A stretch of DNA of 64,000 nucleotides from an uncultured Caldisericota bacterium (GTDB taxonomy: Bacteria > Caldisericota > Caldisericia > B22-G15): positions 75,272 to 139,271 of the forward strand of contig CAZXJJ010000003.1 of the NCBI GenBank assembly GCA_964640995.1. Direction: 5' to 3'. The translations under genes were made by a program, and so were the position numbers. Positions 1-10,442 of this stretch are shown piece after piece; positions within the stretch are counted from its first letter, which is position 1, and each line of letters starts with the position of its first letter. The notes under the pieces are model-generated. The model had not been told where the DNA came from. It was given only the letters and a program-made list of their open reading frames with translations, and ran no database searches.

Positions 1-1316
1 AACATTGGTGTTAATTTTCCATTAAATTTTATCTTTTCTTTTTTGTACCTTTCTTTTTGAATATACCATGCCCTCTTTACTCTTTCTCTTATAATTTTTG
101 ATGTCTCTCCACTCTCTTTGCTAAATACTTCACTTTCTTTCACTCTTGGAACTTTTATTTTTATATCAAACCTATCCCAAAGCGGACCTGAAATTTTGCC
201 TCTATATCTTTTTATTTCATTTAAAGAACAGGTACAATTTTTTTCTGAATCACCAAAGTATCCACAAGGACATGGATTCATTGCACCAATTAAAAGAAAA
301 TCTGATGGATAAGTTAAAGAGGTCTTAACTCTTGAAATTGTTACAAAACCATCTTCAATGGGTTGCCTTAAAACTTCAAGAACATCTCTTCTAAATTCAG
401 GAAGTTCATCAAGAAAAAGTATTCCTTTGTGCGCTAAACTTATCTCTCCTGGTTTTGGATTTGTTCCTCCTCCAACAAGACCTGCATAAGAAATTGTATG
501 ATGTGGCGCTCTGAATGGTCTTCTTTTTATTATCTCTTCATCTACTCTTAAAAGACCTGCTATTGAATAAATTTCTGTTATTTCAACTGCCTCTTCAAAA
601 GAGAGTTCTGGCATAATTGTTATCATTCTTTGAGAAAGCATTGTTTTCCCTGAACCAGGAGTCCCAATCATAATTAGGTGATGTTTTCCAGCAGCAGAAA
701 TTTCCATTGCTCTTTTTACAAAGTTTTGACCTTTTACATCTGAAAAATCGATATCAAAATTTTCCTCATAAAACTCAACTGGATAATTTTTAATGATCTC
801 TTTTTCTATCTGACCTCTTAAAAACAGAACAACTTCATTTAAATTCTTAAATGGAATAAGTTTTGTTTCTTTTGATAAAGCACATTCAGATAGATTTCTA
901 TTTGGAATTATAAGAGGTTCTTCTTTATCTTTTAAAAACAAAGAAAGAGAAAGTCCACCATTTATTTTTCCAAGTTCACCTTCAAGTGTAAGTTCTCCAA
1001 CAAAATAATATTTTTCAAGCTCTTCTTGATTTATCTGTCCTGATGCAGCAAGAATACCAATTGCAATTGGTAAATCAAAGATGGTCCCCTCTTTTTTAAT
1101 TTCACCTGGTGCAAGATTTACTATTATTTTTCTTACAGGAAACTCTAACCCTGAATTTTTAATTGCAGCCCTAACCCTCTCTTTTGCTTCCTGAACTGAA
1201 GTATCAGGAAGACCTACAATTGTGAATGAAGGAAGACCAGAAGAAATATCAACCTCGACAAGTATTTCATAAACTTTTAGCCCAACATTAATCAAACTTT
1301 TTACTCTCGCGTACAT
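1..1316 (-). CDS. comM: YifB/ComM family Mg-chelatase-like AAA+ ATPase (3' end runs off the window)
   Basis: Not in the ORF track. Manual reverse translation from ATG at 1316 gives MYARVKSLINVGLKVYEILVEVDISSGLPSFTIVGLPDTSVQEAKERVRAAIKNSG..NLAPGEIKKEGTIFDLPIAIGIL, with Walker A GTPGSGKT; the frame stays open towards base 1. Confidence 0.93.
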   Translation of the reverse strand, partial: MYARVKSLINVGLKVYEILVEVDISSGLPSFTIVGLPDTSVQEAKERVRAAIKNSGLEFPVRKIIVNLAPGEIKKEGTIFDLPIAIGILAASGQINQEELEKYYFVGELTLEGELGKINGGLSLSLFLKDKEEPLIIPNRNLSECALSKETKLIPFKNLNEVVLFLRGQIEKEIIKNYPVEFYEENFDIDFSDVKGQNFVKRAMEISAAGKHHLIMIGTPGSGKTMLSQRMITIMPELSFEEAVEITEIYSIAGLLRVDEEIIKRRPFRAPHHTISYAGLVGGGTNPKPGEISLAHKGILFLDELPEFRRDVLEVLRQPIEDGFVTISRVKTSLTYPSDFLLIGAMNPCPCGYFGDSEKNCTCSLNEIKRYRGKISGPLWDRFDIKIKVPRVKESEVFSKESGETSKIIRERVKRAWYIQKERYKKEKIKFNGKLTPM

Positions 1317-1365
1317 TAATTTTAAGAATAATAAAAAAAATCAATTTTTCAATAATAATTAAAAT

Positions 1366-1394
1366 TTGACAGAAGGGGGAAATAATATTATACT
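1366..1394 (+). promoter_or_regulatory. sigma70-type promoter for the hpf-secA-prfB cluster
   Basis: TTGACA (1366-1371), 17-nt spacer, TATACT (1389-1394); SD AGGAGG precedes the hpf ATG. Confidence 0.7.
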
Positions 1395-1451
1395 AAATAA
1401 AAGTTAGCTTTGATTTTTATAATTTATTTAAAACATATTTAGGAGGATGAT

Positions 1452-1982
1452 ATGAAACTTATCGTTCAAGGAAAAGGTATTAACTTAACAGATGATGTTA
1501 TTAATTATGCTGAAAAGAGATTTGCAACTGCTGAAAGATATTTTGAAAATATCCAAGAAGCAAATTTAATTATTTCAAAAGAGAGAGGTCTTTTTAAATC
1601 AGAGGTTACAATTTCTTTGTCTGGAACAGTAATTAGAGGTGAGAGCAAAACTCAAGATATTTATGCTTCAATTGATGATGTTCTTGATAAAATTAAAAGA
1701 CAGATTAAAAAATACAAAGAGAGTTTTGTTGAGAGAAGAAGAGAAACAAAGAAATTTTTAGAAAAAACAGAAGCATCTACTTCAGAAACTACAGTTGAAG
1801 ATTTTCCAAAAATTGTAAAAGTTAAAAAATTTGTCTTAAAACCAATGGATGAAGAAGAAGCAATAATGCAAATGGAACTTTTAGGACATACATTCTTTGT
1901 TTTCTTAAATTCAAATACAGATAAAATAAATGTTGTATATAAAAGAAACGATGGAAATTATGGCTTAATAGAGCCAGAATAA
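1452..1982 (+). CDS. hpf: Ribosome hibernation promoting factor (long HPF, RaiA family)
   Basis: N-terminal S30AE-like domain (DIYASIDDVLDKIKRQIKKYKE) plus C-terminal KPMDEEEAIMQMELLGHTFFVFLN..VVYKRNDGNYGLIEPE; typical position upstream of secA. Confidence 0.95.
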   Translation: MKLIVQGKGINLTDDVINYAEKRFATAERYFENIQEANLIISKERGLFKSEVTISLSGTVIRGESKTQDIYASIDDVLDKIKRQIKKYKESFVERRRETKKFLEKTEASTSETTVEDFPKIVKVKKFVLKPMDEEEAIMQMELLGHTFFVFLNSNTDKINVVYKRNDGNYGLIEPE

Positions 1983-1984
1983 GT

Positions 1985-2425
1985 ATGAAAAAATTTATTC
2001 TTTATACATTAATTTTTTTAATTATTATATTTTCAATTCTTCTTGTTTATAGAAAATATTCAGAGGGAAAAGAGAAAACTTTTTATGTAATTGTTAAAAT
2101 GTCAGTTTCAAATGTTTTACCTGAAGTTTGTGATAATTTAAATGTTGGTGATTATCTAATAGATAATAGTGGAAACAAAATTTTTGTAATAATCTATAAA
2201 TTAGTAAAAGATGCTGAACATCCTGTTGAAACACCAAGTGGCAAAATTGTAAAATCTCCACATCCTATTTTTAAAAGTATGATATTAACTGTAAAAAGTG
2301 TTAACAGATCAAAAAGATTAGTATTATCATATAATAGAATAACTGTTAGAGTTGGGGGTAAAATAATATTTGAAACAGGAAAGGTAAGATTTGTTGGAAC
2401 AATTTTATCATTAGATAAGGAGTAA
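1985..2425 (+). CDS. Membrane-anchored hypothetical protein, DUF4330-like
   Basis: N-terminal TM helix; VGD motif and C-terminal [11 protein letters not shown] resemble DUF4330 (recognition by eye). Confidence 0.55.
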   Translation: MKKFILYTLIFLIIIFSILLVYRKYSEGKEKTFYVIVKMSVSNVLPEVCDNLNVGDYLIDNSGNKIFVIIYKLVKDAEHPVETPSGKIVKSPHPIFKSMILTVKSVNRSKRLVLSYNRITVRVGGKIIFETGKVRFVGTILSLDKE

Positions 2426-2426
2426 G

Positions 2427-4904
2427 ATGGCAAATTTTTTAAAAAAGATATTTTCAGGAGAAGAGAGAGAACTAAAAAGATTATCGAATTTTGTTGGAAA
2501 AATAAATTCTCTTGAGAGTGATATTAGTAAACTAACAAATGATGATTTAAAAAATAAAACAAATGAATTTATTAAAAGAATTGAAAATGGTGAAAAACTT
2601 GAAGATATATTATGTAAAGCATTTGCAGTTGTAAGAGAAGTTTCGAAAAGAACAATTGGCTTGAGACACTTTGATGTTCAACTCATGGGTGGAGTTGTTC
2701 TTCATGAAGGAAAAATTGCCGAAATGAAAACAGGTGAAGGTAAAACTCTTGTTGCAACACTTCCAATTTACCTTAACTCCCTTTTAGGAAGAGGAGTTCA
2801 TCTTGTAACTGTTAATGATTATCTTGCAAAAAGAGATTCTTTATGGATGGGTCCAATATACAAATTTTTAGGAAGAAGTGTTGGAGTAATTCAACATGAA
2901 GCATCTTTTCTTGTTGAGTGGGACGATCCCCAAAAATTTACTGTTAAACTTGTTCCATGTTCAAGAAGAGATGCTTATCTTGCAGATATAACCTATGGAA
3001 CAAACAATGAATTTGGTTTTGACTATTTAAGAGACAACATGGCTATATCATTAGAGCAGGTTGTTCAAAGAGAACTTTTTTATGCAATTGTTGATGAGGT
3101 TGATTCAATTTTAATAGATGAAGCAAGAACACCATTAATAATTTCAGGTCCAAGCGAAAAAAGCACTCAAGTTTATTACAAAGCAGCACAAATTGCCAAA
3201 CAATTAAAAATAGATGAAGATTATAAATCAGATGAAAAAGAAAAAAATGTAACTTTAACAGAATCTGGTGTTAAAAAGGTTGAGAAATTTTTTGGAGTTG
3301 AAAATCTTTATGCAAGCGAAAATGTTGAACTTGTAAGCCATGTTATTCAGGCATTAAGAGCACTTGTTCATTTTAAAAAAGATGTAGACTACATTGTTAA
3401 AGATGGTGAAGTAATTATTGTTGATGAATTTACAGGAAGACTCATGTTTGGAAGAAGATACTCTGATGGACTTCATCAAGCAATTGAAGCAAAAGAGGGC
3501 TTAAAAGTAAAAGAAGAAAGTCAGACACTTGCGACAATAACTTTTCAAAATTATTTCAGAATGTATAAGAAACTTGCGGGAATGACTGGAACCGCCAAAA
3601 CAGAAGAAGATGAGTTTATTGAAATTTATGGTCTTCCTGTTGTTGTAATTCCAACAAATAAACCAATGATAAGAATAGATTATCCAGATGTTGTTTATAG
3701 AACAGAAAAAATAAAATTTAAAAAAATAGTTGAAGAAATAAAAGAGTGGTATAAGATAGGAAGACCTGTTCTTGTCGGAACCAGGTCAATTGAAAAATCA
3801 GAAATTCTCTCCTCAATGTTAAAAAGAGAAGGAATCCCACATCAAGTTTTAAATGCAAAATATCATGAAAAAGAGGCAGAAATAATTAAGCATGCTGGCG
3901 AAAAAGGAATGGTAACAATTGCAACAAATATGGCTGGTAGAGGAGTAGATATTGTTTTGGGAGAAGGAGTGAAAGAATTTGGTGGATTACACATAATTGG
4001 AACAGAAAGACATGAATCAAGAAGAATAGATAATCAGTTAAGGGGAAGAGCAGGAAGACAAGGAGACCCAGGAAGTTCAAGATTTTATCTTTCTCTTGAA
4101 GATGAAATTTTAAGAATTTTCGGTGGTGACATGATAAAAAAACTAATGGACTTCTTTAAGATGGATGATACTCCTCTTGAACATCCACTTCTCTCAAAAA
4201 CAATTGAAAATGCTCAAAAAAGAGTTGAAGCATATCACTTTGAAATAAGAAAACATCTCCTTGAATATGATAATGTTTTAAATAAGCAAAGAGAGATAAT
4301 TTATAAAGAGAGAAGAAGAATTTTAGAAAAAGCAGATTTAAGAGAAGATGTTTTTAAATTTTTAGATGAAATTATAAATGAAATTTGTGATATATGCCTT
4401 TCTAAAACTCTTGAAGAAAAAGATTATGAAGGACTATCAAAAGCATTTTTAGATTTAACTCAAATACTTATTCCTCCTCAAGAACTTGCAAAAGCAAAAG
4501 AGAGTGAAATAAAAAAAATTTTATATGAAATAGCACAAAAAAGGTATATTGAAAAAGAGGTAAGATTAAGAGAACTTTCAAAAAGTGTCGAAGAGATTAA
4601 AAACTCTTTTGGAGAAGATCCATTAAGAGAAATTGAAAGATACCTTCTTTTAAGAATTATTGATAATAAATGGAAAGACCACCTTTATAATATGGACCAC
4701 CTCAAAGAGGGAATCGGACTCAGGGCATATGGTCAACAAGAACCTCTTATTGCATACCAACTTGAAGGTTTTGAACTTTTCCAATCTATGATGAATTCAA
4801 TTAGAGAAGATTGGATTAAATTTTTATTTAGAGTGGAGATAACAGTTGAACGAAAAAAGAATAGAGAGGAAAGAAGAAGAGAACTTAAAAAAACTAAAAA
4901 TTGA
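2427..4904 (+). CDS. secA: Preprotein translocase ATPase SecA
   Basis: [47 protein letters not shown] and [18 protein letters not shown] motifs. Confidence 0.99.
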   Translation: MANFLKKIFSGEERELKRLSNFVGKINSLESDISKLTNDDLKNKTNEFIKRIENGEKLEDILCKAFAVVREVSKRTIGLRHFDVQLMGGVVLHEGKIAEMKTGEGKTLVATLPIYLNSLLGRGVHLVTVNDYLAKRDSLWMGPIYKFLGRSVGVIQHEASFLVEWDDPQKFTVKLVPCSRRDAYLADITYGTNNEFGFDYLRDNMAISLEQVVQRELFYAIVDEVDSILIDEARTPLIISGPSEKSTQVYYKAAQIAKQLKIDEDYKSDEKEKNVTLTESGVKKVEKFFGVENLYASENVELVSHVIQALRALVHFKKDVDYIVKDGEVIIVDEFTGRLMFGRRYSDGLHQAIEAKEGLKVKEESQTLATITFQNYFRMYKKLAGMTGTAKTEEDEFIEIYGLPVVVIPTNKPMIRIDYPDVVYRTEKIKFKKIVEEIKEWYKIGRPVLVGTRSIEKSEILSSMLKREGIPHQVLNAKYHEKEAEIIKHAGEKGMVTIATNMAGRGVDIVLGEGVKEFGGLHIIGTERHESRRIDNQLRGRAGRQGDPGSSRFYLSLEDEILRIFGGDMIKKLMDFFKMDDTPLEHPLLSKTIENAQKRVEAYHFEIRKHLLEYDNVLNKQREIIYKERRRILEKADLREDVFKFLDEIINEICDICLSKTLEEKDYEGLSKAFLDLTQILIPPQELAKAKESEIKKILYEIAQKRYIEKEVRLRELSKSVEEIKNSFGEDPLREIERYLLLRIIDNKWKDHLYNMDHLKEGIGLRAYGQQEPLIAYQLEGFELFQSMMNSIREDWIKFLFRVEITVERKKNREERRRELKKTKN

Positions 4905-5985
4905 GTTTGAAAACCTCTCTCTTAATGAGGAACTTCAAAAGTTAAATTCAAAAATAAAGGAACTGGAAGAAAAAACATTTAAAATAACAGATTGGGGAAG
5001 TGAAGAGGCAAAAAGAGTTTTATCTTCTCTTGAAAGATTAAAGGAAGAAAAAGAGAGAGGAGAGACAATTATTTCTTTATTAAAAGAGAGCGAAATTATT
5101 CTTGAACTTCTTGAAAAAGAAGAAGATGAAAGTTTAAGAGAAGAATTAAGAGAAAACATAAAGAAACTTAATGAAAATTTAGAAGAGTATAAAAAAGCTT
5201 ATTTTCTTTCAGGTGAGTATGATGATAAAAATGCAATACTTTCTCTTTCTTCCGGAGCAGGTGGAGTTGATGCAATGGATTGGACTCAAATTTTATTTGA
5301 AATGTATTTAAGGTGGTGTGATAAAAAGGGTTTTAAAACTGAAGTAGTTGACATCTCTTATGGAGAAGAAGCAGGTATTAAAAGTGCAACAATTTTAATT
5401 AAAGGTAAATATGCTTATGGACTCCTTAAAGGAGAGATTGGAGTGCATAGATTAGTAAGAATTTCTCCTTTTGATGCAAATAGAAGAAGACATACTTCAT
5501 TTGCTTTGGTTGAAGTGATCCCAGAAATTGAGGATGAAGAGTTAAAAATAGATGAAGATGAATTAAGAATAGATGTGTTTAGAGCAAGTGGTCATGGTGG
5601 TCAATATGTAAATAAAACAGATTCTGCTGTTAGAATAGTTCACCTCCCAACAGGAATAACAGTTACATGTCAAAATGAAAGGTCTCAGTTGAAAAACAAA
5701 GAAACTGCAATGAAAATTCTTATGGCAAAACTCATAGAACTAAAAAGAAGAGAAAAAGAAAAGAAATTATATGAACTTAAAGGTGGCTTTGTTTCTGCTT
5801 CATGGGGTTATGAAGTAAGAAGTTATGTTTTTCATCCTTACACTCTTGTAAAAGACCATAGAACTCAATTAGAAATTTATAATTTTGAAGATGTAATTTC
5901 AGGAAATATTGATGATTTTATATGGAGTTATTTAAAATATATTAAAGATGAAAAAGACAAAAGTTCCGATAAAGAAACTAATTAA
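4846..5985 (+). CDS. prfB: Peptide chain release factor 2, encoded in one continuous frame
   Basis: SPF anticodon motif (RISPFD), GGQ motif ([16 protein letters not shown]); TTG start with GGAG 7 nt upstream; follows secA. Confidence 0.96.
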   Translation: MNEKRIERKEEENLKKLKIEFENLSLNEELQKLNSKIKELEEKTFKITDWGSEEAKRVLSSLERLKEEKERGETIISLLKESEIILELLEKEEDESLREELRENIKKLNENLEEYKKAYFLSGEYDDKNAILSLSSGAGGVDAMDWTQILFEMYLRWCDKKGFKTEVVDISYGEEAGIKSATILIKGKYAYGLLKGEIGVHRLVRISPFDANRRRHTSFALVEVIPEIEDEELKIDEDELRIDVFRASGHGGQYVNKTDSAVRIVHLPTGITVTCQNERSQLKNKETAMKILMAKLIELKRREKEKKLYELKGGFVSASWGYEVRSYVFHPYTLVKDHRTQLEIYNFEDVISGNIDDFIWSYLKYIKDEKDKSSDKETN

Positions 5986-6820
5986 AAGATTAATAGGAAT
6001 AACTTTTGGATCTATAATTCAAGCGCTTGGAATTGTTTTATTTTTATCACCAAACAAAATTGCTCCAGGTGGTTTTTCAGGTCTATCTATTATAATATTT
6101 CACTTAACTGGATTTCCTGTAGGACTTATGTATTTTATCTTAAACCTGCCACTTTTTATAATTGCAGGAAAAAAGTGGGGTTTTAATTTTATAGGATTAA
6201 CTCTTTTTGGTGTAATTACCTCTTCATTTTTTATAGATTTCTTTTCAATTTATTTTTCATCTTTAACTTCAAATCCTCTCCTTGCTGCAATTTATGGAGG
6301 TGTGCTCGTCGGTGTTGGAGTTGGAATAGTTTTTAAAAATTGGGGAAGTACAGGCGGAACAGACCTTTTGGGTCAAATTATATATAGTTTTACAGGACTT
6401 TCTTTTGGAACATCAATGTTTATTCTCGATACAACAATTGTTTTAATTGCAGGAATTGTTTTTAAAGCACTCGAGTATTCTCTTTATGGTATGCTTTCAC
6501 TTTTCATCTCTTCAAAAGTTGTAGATGCAGTTCAAGAAGGTTTTTTGTCTGCAAAAACAGTTTTTTTAATTTCGGATTCAGTTGACAAAATTAAATTAAG
6601 AATTATGGATGAACTTGAAAGAGGTGTAACAGAGGTTACTGTAACTGGAGCATATACTGGAGTTGAGAAAAAAGCACTAATTTGTGTAATTCATCAGAGA
6701 GAAATATCAAAATTAAAAGAGATCATTCATGAGGAAGACCCCAAAGCATTTGTTGTTATAGGTGATGCAAGGGAAGTAATTGGAGAAGGATTTATTCCAA
6801 TTGAGGAGGCGAAAAGGTGA
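5948..6820 (+). CDS. YitT family membrane protein (C-terminal DUF2179)
   Basis: Multi-TM; IAPGGFSGL, STGGTD and RGVT..GAYTG..HEEDPKAFV motifs. Confidence 0.9.
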   Translation: MKKTKVPIKKLIKRLIGITFGSIIQALGIVLFLSPNKIAPGGFSGLSIIIFHLTGFPVGLMYFILNLPLFIIAGKKWGFNFIGLTLFGVITSSFFIDFFSIYFSSLTSNPLLAAIYGGVLVGVGVGIVFKNWGSTGGTDLLGQIIYSFTGLSFGTSMFILDTTIVLIAGIVFKALEYSLYGMLSLFISSKVVDAVQEGFLSAKTVFLISDSVDKIKLRIMDELERGVTEVTVTGAYTGVEKKALICVIHQREISKLKEIIHEEDPKAFVVIGDAREVIGEGFIPIEEAKR

Positions 6821-7533
6821 AAATTGAAGTTGATACTCATACTCATACAATTTTAACAGGACATGCTTTTTCTACTTTGCTTGAAAATGTGACTCAGGCA
6901 AAAAAATTAGGACTTAAAGGAATTTGTATAACAGATCATGGACCATTAAGACCAGACAGTCCAAGTATTGAATATTTTAAAATGCTTGCATCAAGGTATT
7001 TACCAGAATATATTGAAGGTGTAAAAATTTTTACAGGTGTTGAATTAAATGTAATTTCTGATGAAGGAGATGTGGATCTTCCTGAATCAATAATAAAAAA
7101 TTTAGATTTCAATATTATTGCATTTCATAATCAAACTCCATATTCATCAAATTCAATTACAAAAAACACAAAAAGTATGATTAAAGCGCTTGAAAGAAAA
7201 TATATAAAAGGAGTTGCTCATCCAGGAGACCCATATTTTCCATATCCTATAAAACTTGAAGAAGTTGTAAAAGAGGCATCAAATCTTGGTAAATTTTTAG
7301 AGTTAAACAACAATGTTTTGAAAAGAGGAGAAGCTTGGATTAATTATTACAAAGAGATGTTATATCTTTGTGAAAAATATAATGTTAAAGTTTTTATATC
7401 ATCAGATGCGCATTTTTCTTATTATGTTGGTGATTTTTCTATAGCACTTGAGTTAATAAGGGAGTTTAATGTAAAAGTAATTAATGAAAAACAAGAGGAG
7501 TTCGAAAAGTTTTTGAAAGATACTTTGAAATAA
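6817..7533 (+). CDS. PHP-family phosphatase (YcdX-like)
   Basis: DTHTHT, HAFST, TDHGP, GVELN, AHPG, ELNN and SSDAH metal-binding motifs. Confidence 0.9.
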   Translation: MKIEVDTHTHTILTGHAFSTLLENVTQAKKLGLKGICITDHGPLRPDSPSIEYFKMLASRYLPEYIEGVKIFTGVELNVISDEGDVDLPESIIKNLDFNIIAFHNQTPYSSNSITKNTKSMIKALERKYIKGVAHPGDPYFPYPIKLEEVVKEASNLGKFLELNNNVLKRGEAWINYYKEMLYLCEKYNVKVFISSDAHFSYYVGDFSIALELIREFNVKVINEKQEEFEKFLKDTLK

Positions 7534-7631
7534 AAAGACACATAAAAAAATATTACAAAAGATATATAGTTCTTATAATAATTTTATTTTTTATTTGGCT
7601 TATTTATTATAACTATATCTATTTTTTAACA

Positions 7632-8957
7632 TTGATAAGCAATCCACAAGAACTTCCATTTCCAATAGTTCACTATTATAAAACAAATAATGAATTTGAG
7701 ATAATAGATAAACTTTATTTTGAAAGAGATTATAGTTTTAGTTTAAAAATAAAAATTGAAAATCCTTTAAATGCGAATGTTGAAATAATCGAATGGGCTC
7801 TTGGCGAAAGAGAGAGACAAAACAATAACTTCAACTGGATTAAACCAATTTATGAAAATGGTTTTTATCATCTTGATGGAATTCTTCCAAAAAGAGAGAT
7901 TTTTTTGAAACTAAAAATAAAAACAAACTCCCTTGAGGGTGTTTATAATGGAAAAATTTCTTTCAATCACTATTTTAGACCTTATGAATTAAAAATAGTT
8001 ATAGGAACAGTTAATAATTTTAAATTTGATTTCAAAAAAGAATTAATACCCTATATTGTTGGATACAATTTTGAATATGGTATAACAACACCTCTCCTTG
8101 AAAAAGAAGGAGGAATTCATCCATTCAATGAAAAAATAAAATTCTATGCAGAAAAATTTAAAAAAGAGAAAGAATTTGAAACTTCAAAAGAACTTTTAAA
8201 TTTTGTAATGAAAATTTTTGCTTCAGGAATAAATGTAACTTTTACAGGAGATTATCCAGATTATTATTATATTGAAAAATTTGAAAAAGAGGGTTCAATT
8301 TATGGAGTTTGTTCAGAAAGGTCTATTGTTCTTCTCTCTCTTTTAAGAAGTTTAGGAATTCCATCTCGACTTGTTTTTGCATCTGGTTTTCCAGTTGACC
8401 ATGTATTTGTCGAATCATTTATAAATGGAAAATGGATTAATTTAGACCCAACATATGGTTTTATTGACAAAAATGATGGCTATTATGATAAAGAAGTAAG
8501 AAATTTAACAACACTACAATCATTTTTTGCTGGAGTTAGAGGTGATTTTAAAAAAAATAGAAACAATTTTATAGGAATTTATCCATATGAAGAGATTGTA
8601 AATAATGGTTATTTAAAGGAAAATATTGTAATTACAGGTATTGGTGGAATTAAAATTGATAGTTTTTACTTTTTAAAAATAAAAACTAGGTGGTCTTTAT
8701 TTGAATTTAAAGATAAATCACTATCAATTTTTATATTTGATGGATTAAATAATAAAAGGATTGGAGAAATATTTGTATCAAATCTATTTTTTAATTTTGG
8801 TGAGGGTTCTGTTTTAATTAAACTTGATACTAAAAAATTTTCTGAGAAAAATAATAAAAAATTTTTTAAATTGAAAGTTTATTTAAAGAAAAACAATATT
8901 TTAATAGATCTATATGAACCTGGTGAAGGACTTTTACTTGAAAACTTTTCTATTTAG
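7632..8957 (+). CDS. Transglutaminase-like domain protein; true start may lie upstream near 7530
   Basis: Cys-His-Asp triad context GVCSERS..LLRSLGIPSRLV..DHVFVESFINGKWINLDPT. Confidence 0.8.
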   Translation: MISNPQELPFPIVHYYKTNNEFEIIDKLYFERDYSFSLKIKIENPLNANVEIIEWALGERERQNNNFNWIKPIYENGFYHLDGILPKREIFLKLKIKTNSLEGVYNGKISFNHYFRPYELKIVIGTVNNFKFDFKKELIPYIVGYNFEYGITTPLLEKEGGIHPFNEKIKFYAEKFKKEKEFETSKELLNFVMKIFASGINVTFTGDYPDYYYIEKFEKEGSIYGVCSERSIVLLSLLRSLGIPSRLVFASGFPVDHVFVESFINGKWINLDPTYGFIDKNDGYYDKEVRNLTTLQSFFAGVRGDFKKNRNNFIGIYPYEEIVNNGYLKENIVITGIGGIKIDSFYFLKIKTRWSLFEFKDKSLSIFIFDGLNNKRIGEIFVSNLFFNFGEGSVLIKLDTKKFSEKNNKKFFKLKVYLKKNNILIDLYEPGEGLLLENFSI

Positions 8958-8961
8958 AACC

Positions 8962-9666
8962 TTATCCTCCCAGATATGCTTCTTTTACTCTCGGGTCATT
9001 TAATAGTTCTTTAGCATCACCTTCAAGTGCAATTGTTCCAACTTCAAGAACATAAGCATAATTTGCAAGGTTAAGTGCTTTTCTTGCATTTTGCTCAACA
9101 AGAAGAATTGTAGTTCCTTGTTTATTGATTTTTTCAAGAATATCAAAAATTTCATCAACAAGAATTGGGGCAAGGCCCATTGATGGTTCATCTAGAAGCA
9201 TAATATCTCCACCTGTAGTTAGTGCTCTTGCAACAGAAAGCATTTGCTGTTCTCCACCCGATAAAGTCCCTGCAAGTTGTTTTCTTCTCTCTTTTAATCT
9301 TGGGAAAATTTCAAAAACCATTTCAAATCTTTCATTTCTAATTTTTTTATCTTTAACTGTCCATGCAGCAAGTTCAAGATTTTCCATAACAGTCAAGGTC
9401 CCAAAAACTCTTCTTCCTTCTGGAACATGTGAAATTCCAAGTTCAACAATTTTGTGAGCATCAAGATTGGTTATATCGTGACCTTTAAAATAAATTTTTC
9501 CACCAGATGGCTTTATTAGTCCACTAATTGTTCTCAAAGATGTTGATTTCCCTGCACCATTCGCACCAATCAAAGTTACAATTTCACCTGGTTTAACTTT
9601 AAATGAAATTCCTTTTAGGGCTTTTATTGCTCCATAGTTTACCTCAAGATTTACAACTTCAAGCAT
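8962..9666 (-). CDS. livF: Branched-chain amino acid ABC transporter ATP-binding protein
   Basis: GANGAGKS, LSGGEQQML, LLDEPSMGLAP; start moved to the ATG at 9666, which has a GGAGG SD. Confidence 0.95.
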   Translation of the reverse strand: MLEVVNLEVNYGAIKALKGISFKVKPGEIVTLIGANGAGKSTSLRTISGLIKPSGGKIYFKGHDITNLDAHKIVELGISHVPEGRRVFGTLTVMENLELAAWTVKDKKIRNERFEMVFEIFPRLKERRKQLAGTLSGGEQQMLSVARALTTGGDIMLLDEPSMGLAPILVDEIFDILEKINKQGTTILLVEQNARKALNLANYAYVLEVGTIALEGDAKELLNDPRVKEAYLGG

Positions 9667-10441
9667 TGTATTTTCCTCCTTCACTTCCAAGATAGGCTTC
9701 AATTACTCTTTTGTCATTTTTAATCTCATCTGGTGTTCCTTCAGCAATTGTTTCTCCAAAATCCATAACCTTAATTCTCTCACAAATTCCCATAACAACC
9801 CTCATCTGATGTTCAACAAGAAAAATTGTTACTTTAAATGTGTCTCTTATTGAATGAATCAATTCCATAAGATTTCCAACCTCTTTTGGATTCATTCCTG
9901 CTGCTGGTTCATCTAAAAGAAGTAGTTTAGGTTTTGTCGCAAGTGCTCTTGCAATTTCTAGTTTTCTCAACTCTCCATAAGGCAAATGTTTTGCGAGGTC
10001 ATTTGCTCTATGTTTCAACCCAAAAATTTCAAGAAGATCAATTGCTTCTTCTTTTATTCTTTTTTCTTCTTCAAAATATCTTTTTGTTCTTAATATTGCA
10101 TCAAAAATTGAGTAGTTTGTTCTAAAATGTCGTGCAACTCTTATATTATCAAGAACAGAAAGTTCATTGAAAATTCTTAAATTTTGAAATGTTCTTGCAA
10201 TTCCTTTTTCTATTATTAAATGTGATTTTAAACCAGTTATATCTTGATTTTCAAAAATTATTCTTCCCTCAGTTGGAGTGTAAACACCAGTTATTAAATT
10301 AAATATAGTTGTTTTTCCAGCACCATTCGGACCAATTAAACCCCACAAGGCTCCTTTGGGTAAATCTATATTAAAATTACAAACTGCTCTTAATCCAACA
10401 AAATAGTGAGTCACATTTTTAAGTGAAAGAATTGTGTCCAT
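9659..10441 (-). CDS. livG: Branched-chain amino acid ABC transporter ATP-binding protein
   Basis: GPNGAGKTT, GIARTFQNLR, LPYGELRKLEIARAL, LDEPAAGMN; start moved to MDTILS. Confidence 0.95.
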   Translation of the reverse strand: MDTILSLKNVTHYFVGLRAVCNFNIDLPKGALWGLIGPNGAGKTTIFNLITGVYTPTEGRIIFENQDITGLKSHLIIEKGIARTFQNLRIFNELSVLDNIRVARHFRTNYSIFDAILRTKRYFEEEKRIKEEAIDLLEIFGLKHRANDLAKHLPYGELRKLEIARALATKPKLLLLDEPAAGMNPKEVGNLMELIHSIRDTFKVTIFLVEHQMRVVMGICERIKVMDFGETIAEGTPDEIKNDKRVIEAYLGSEGGKYNA

Positions 10442-10442
10442 T

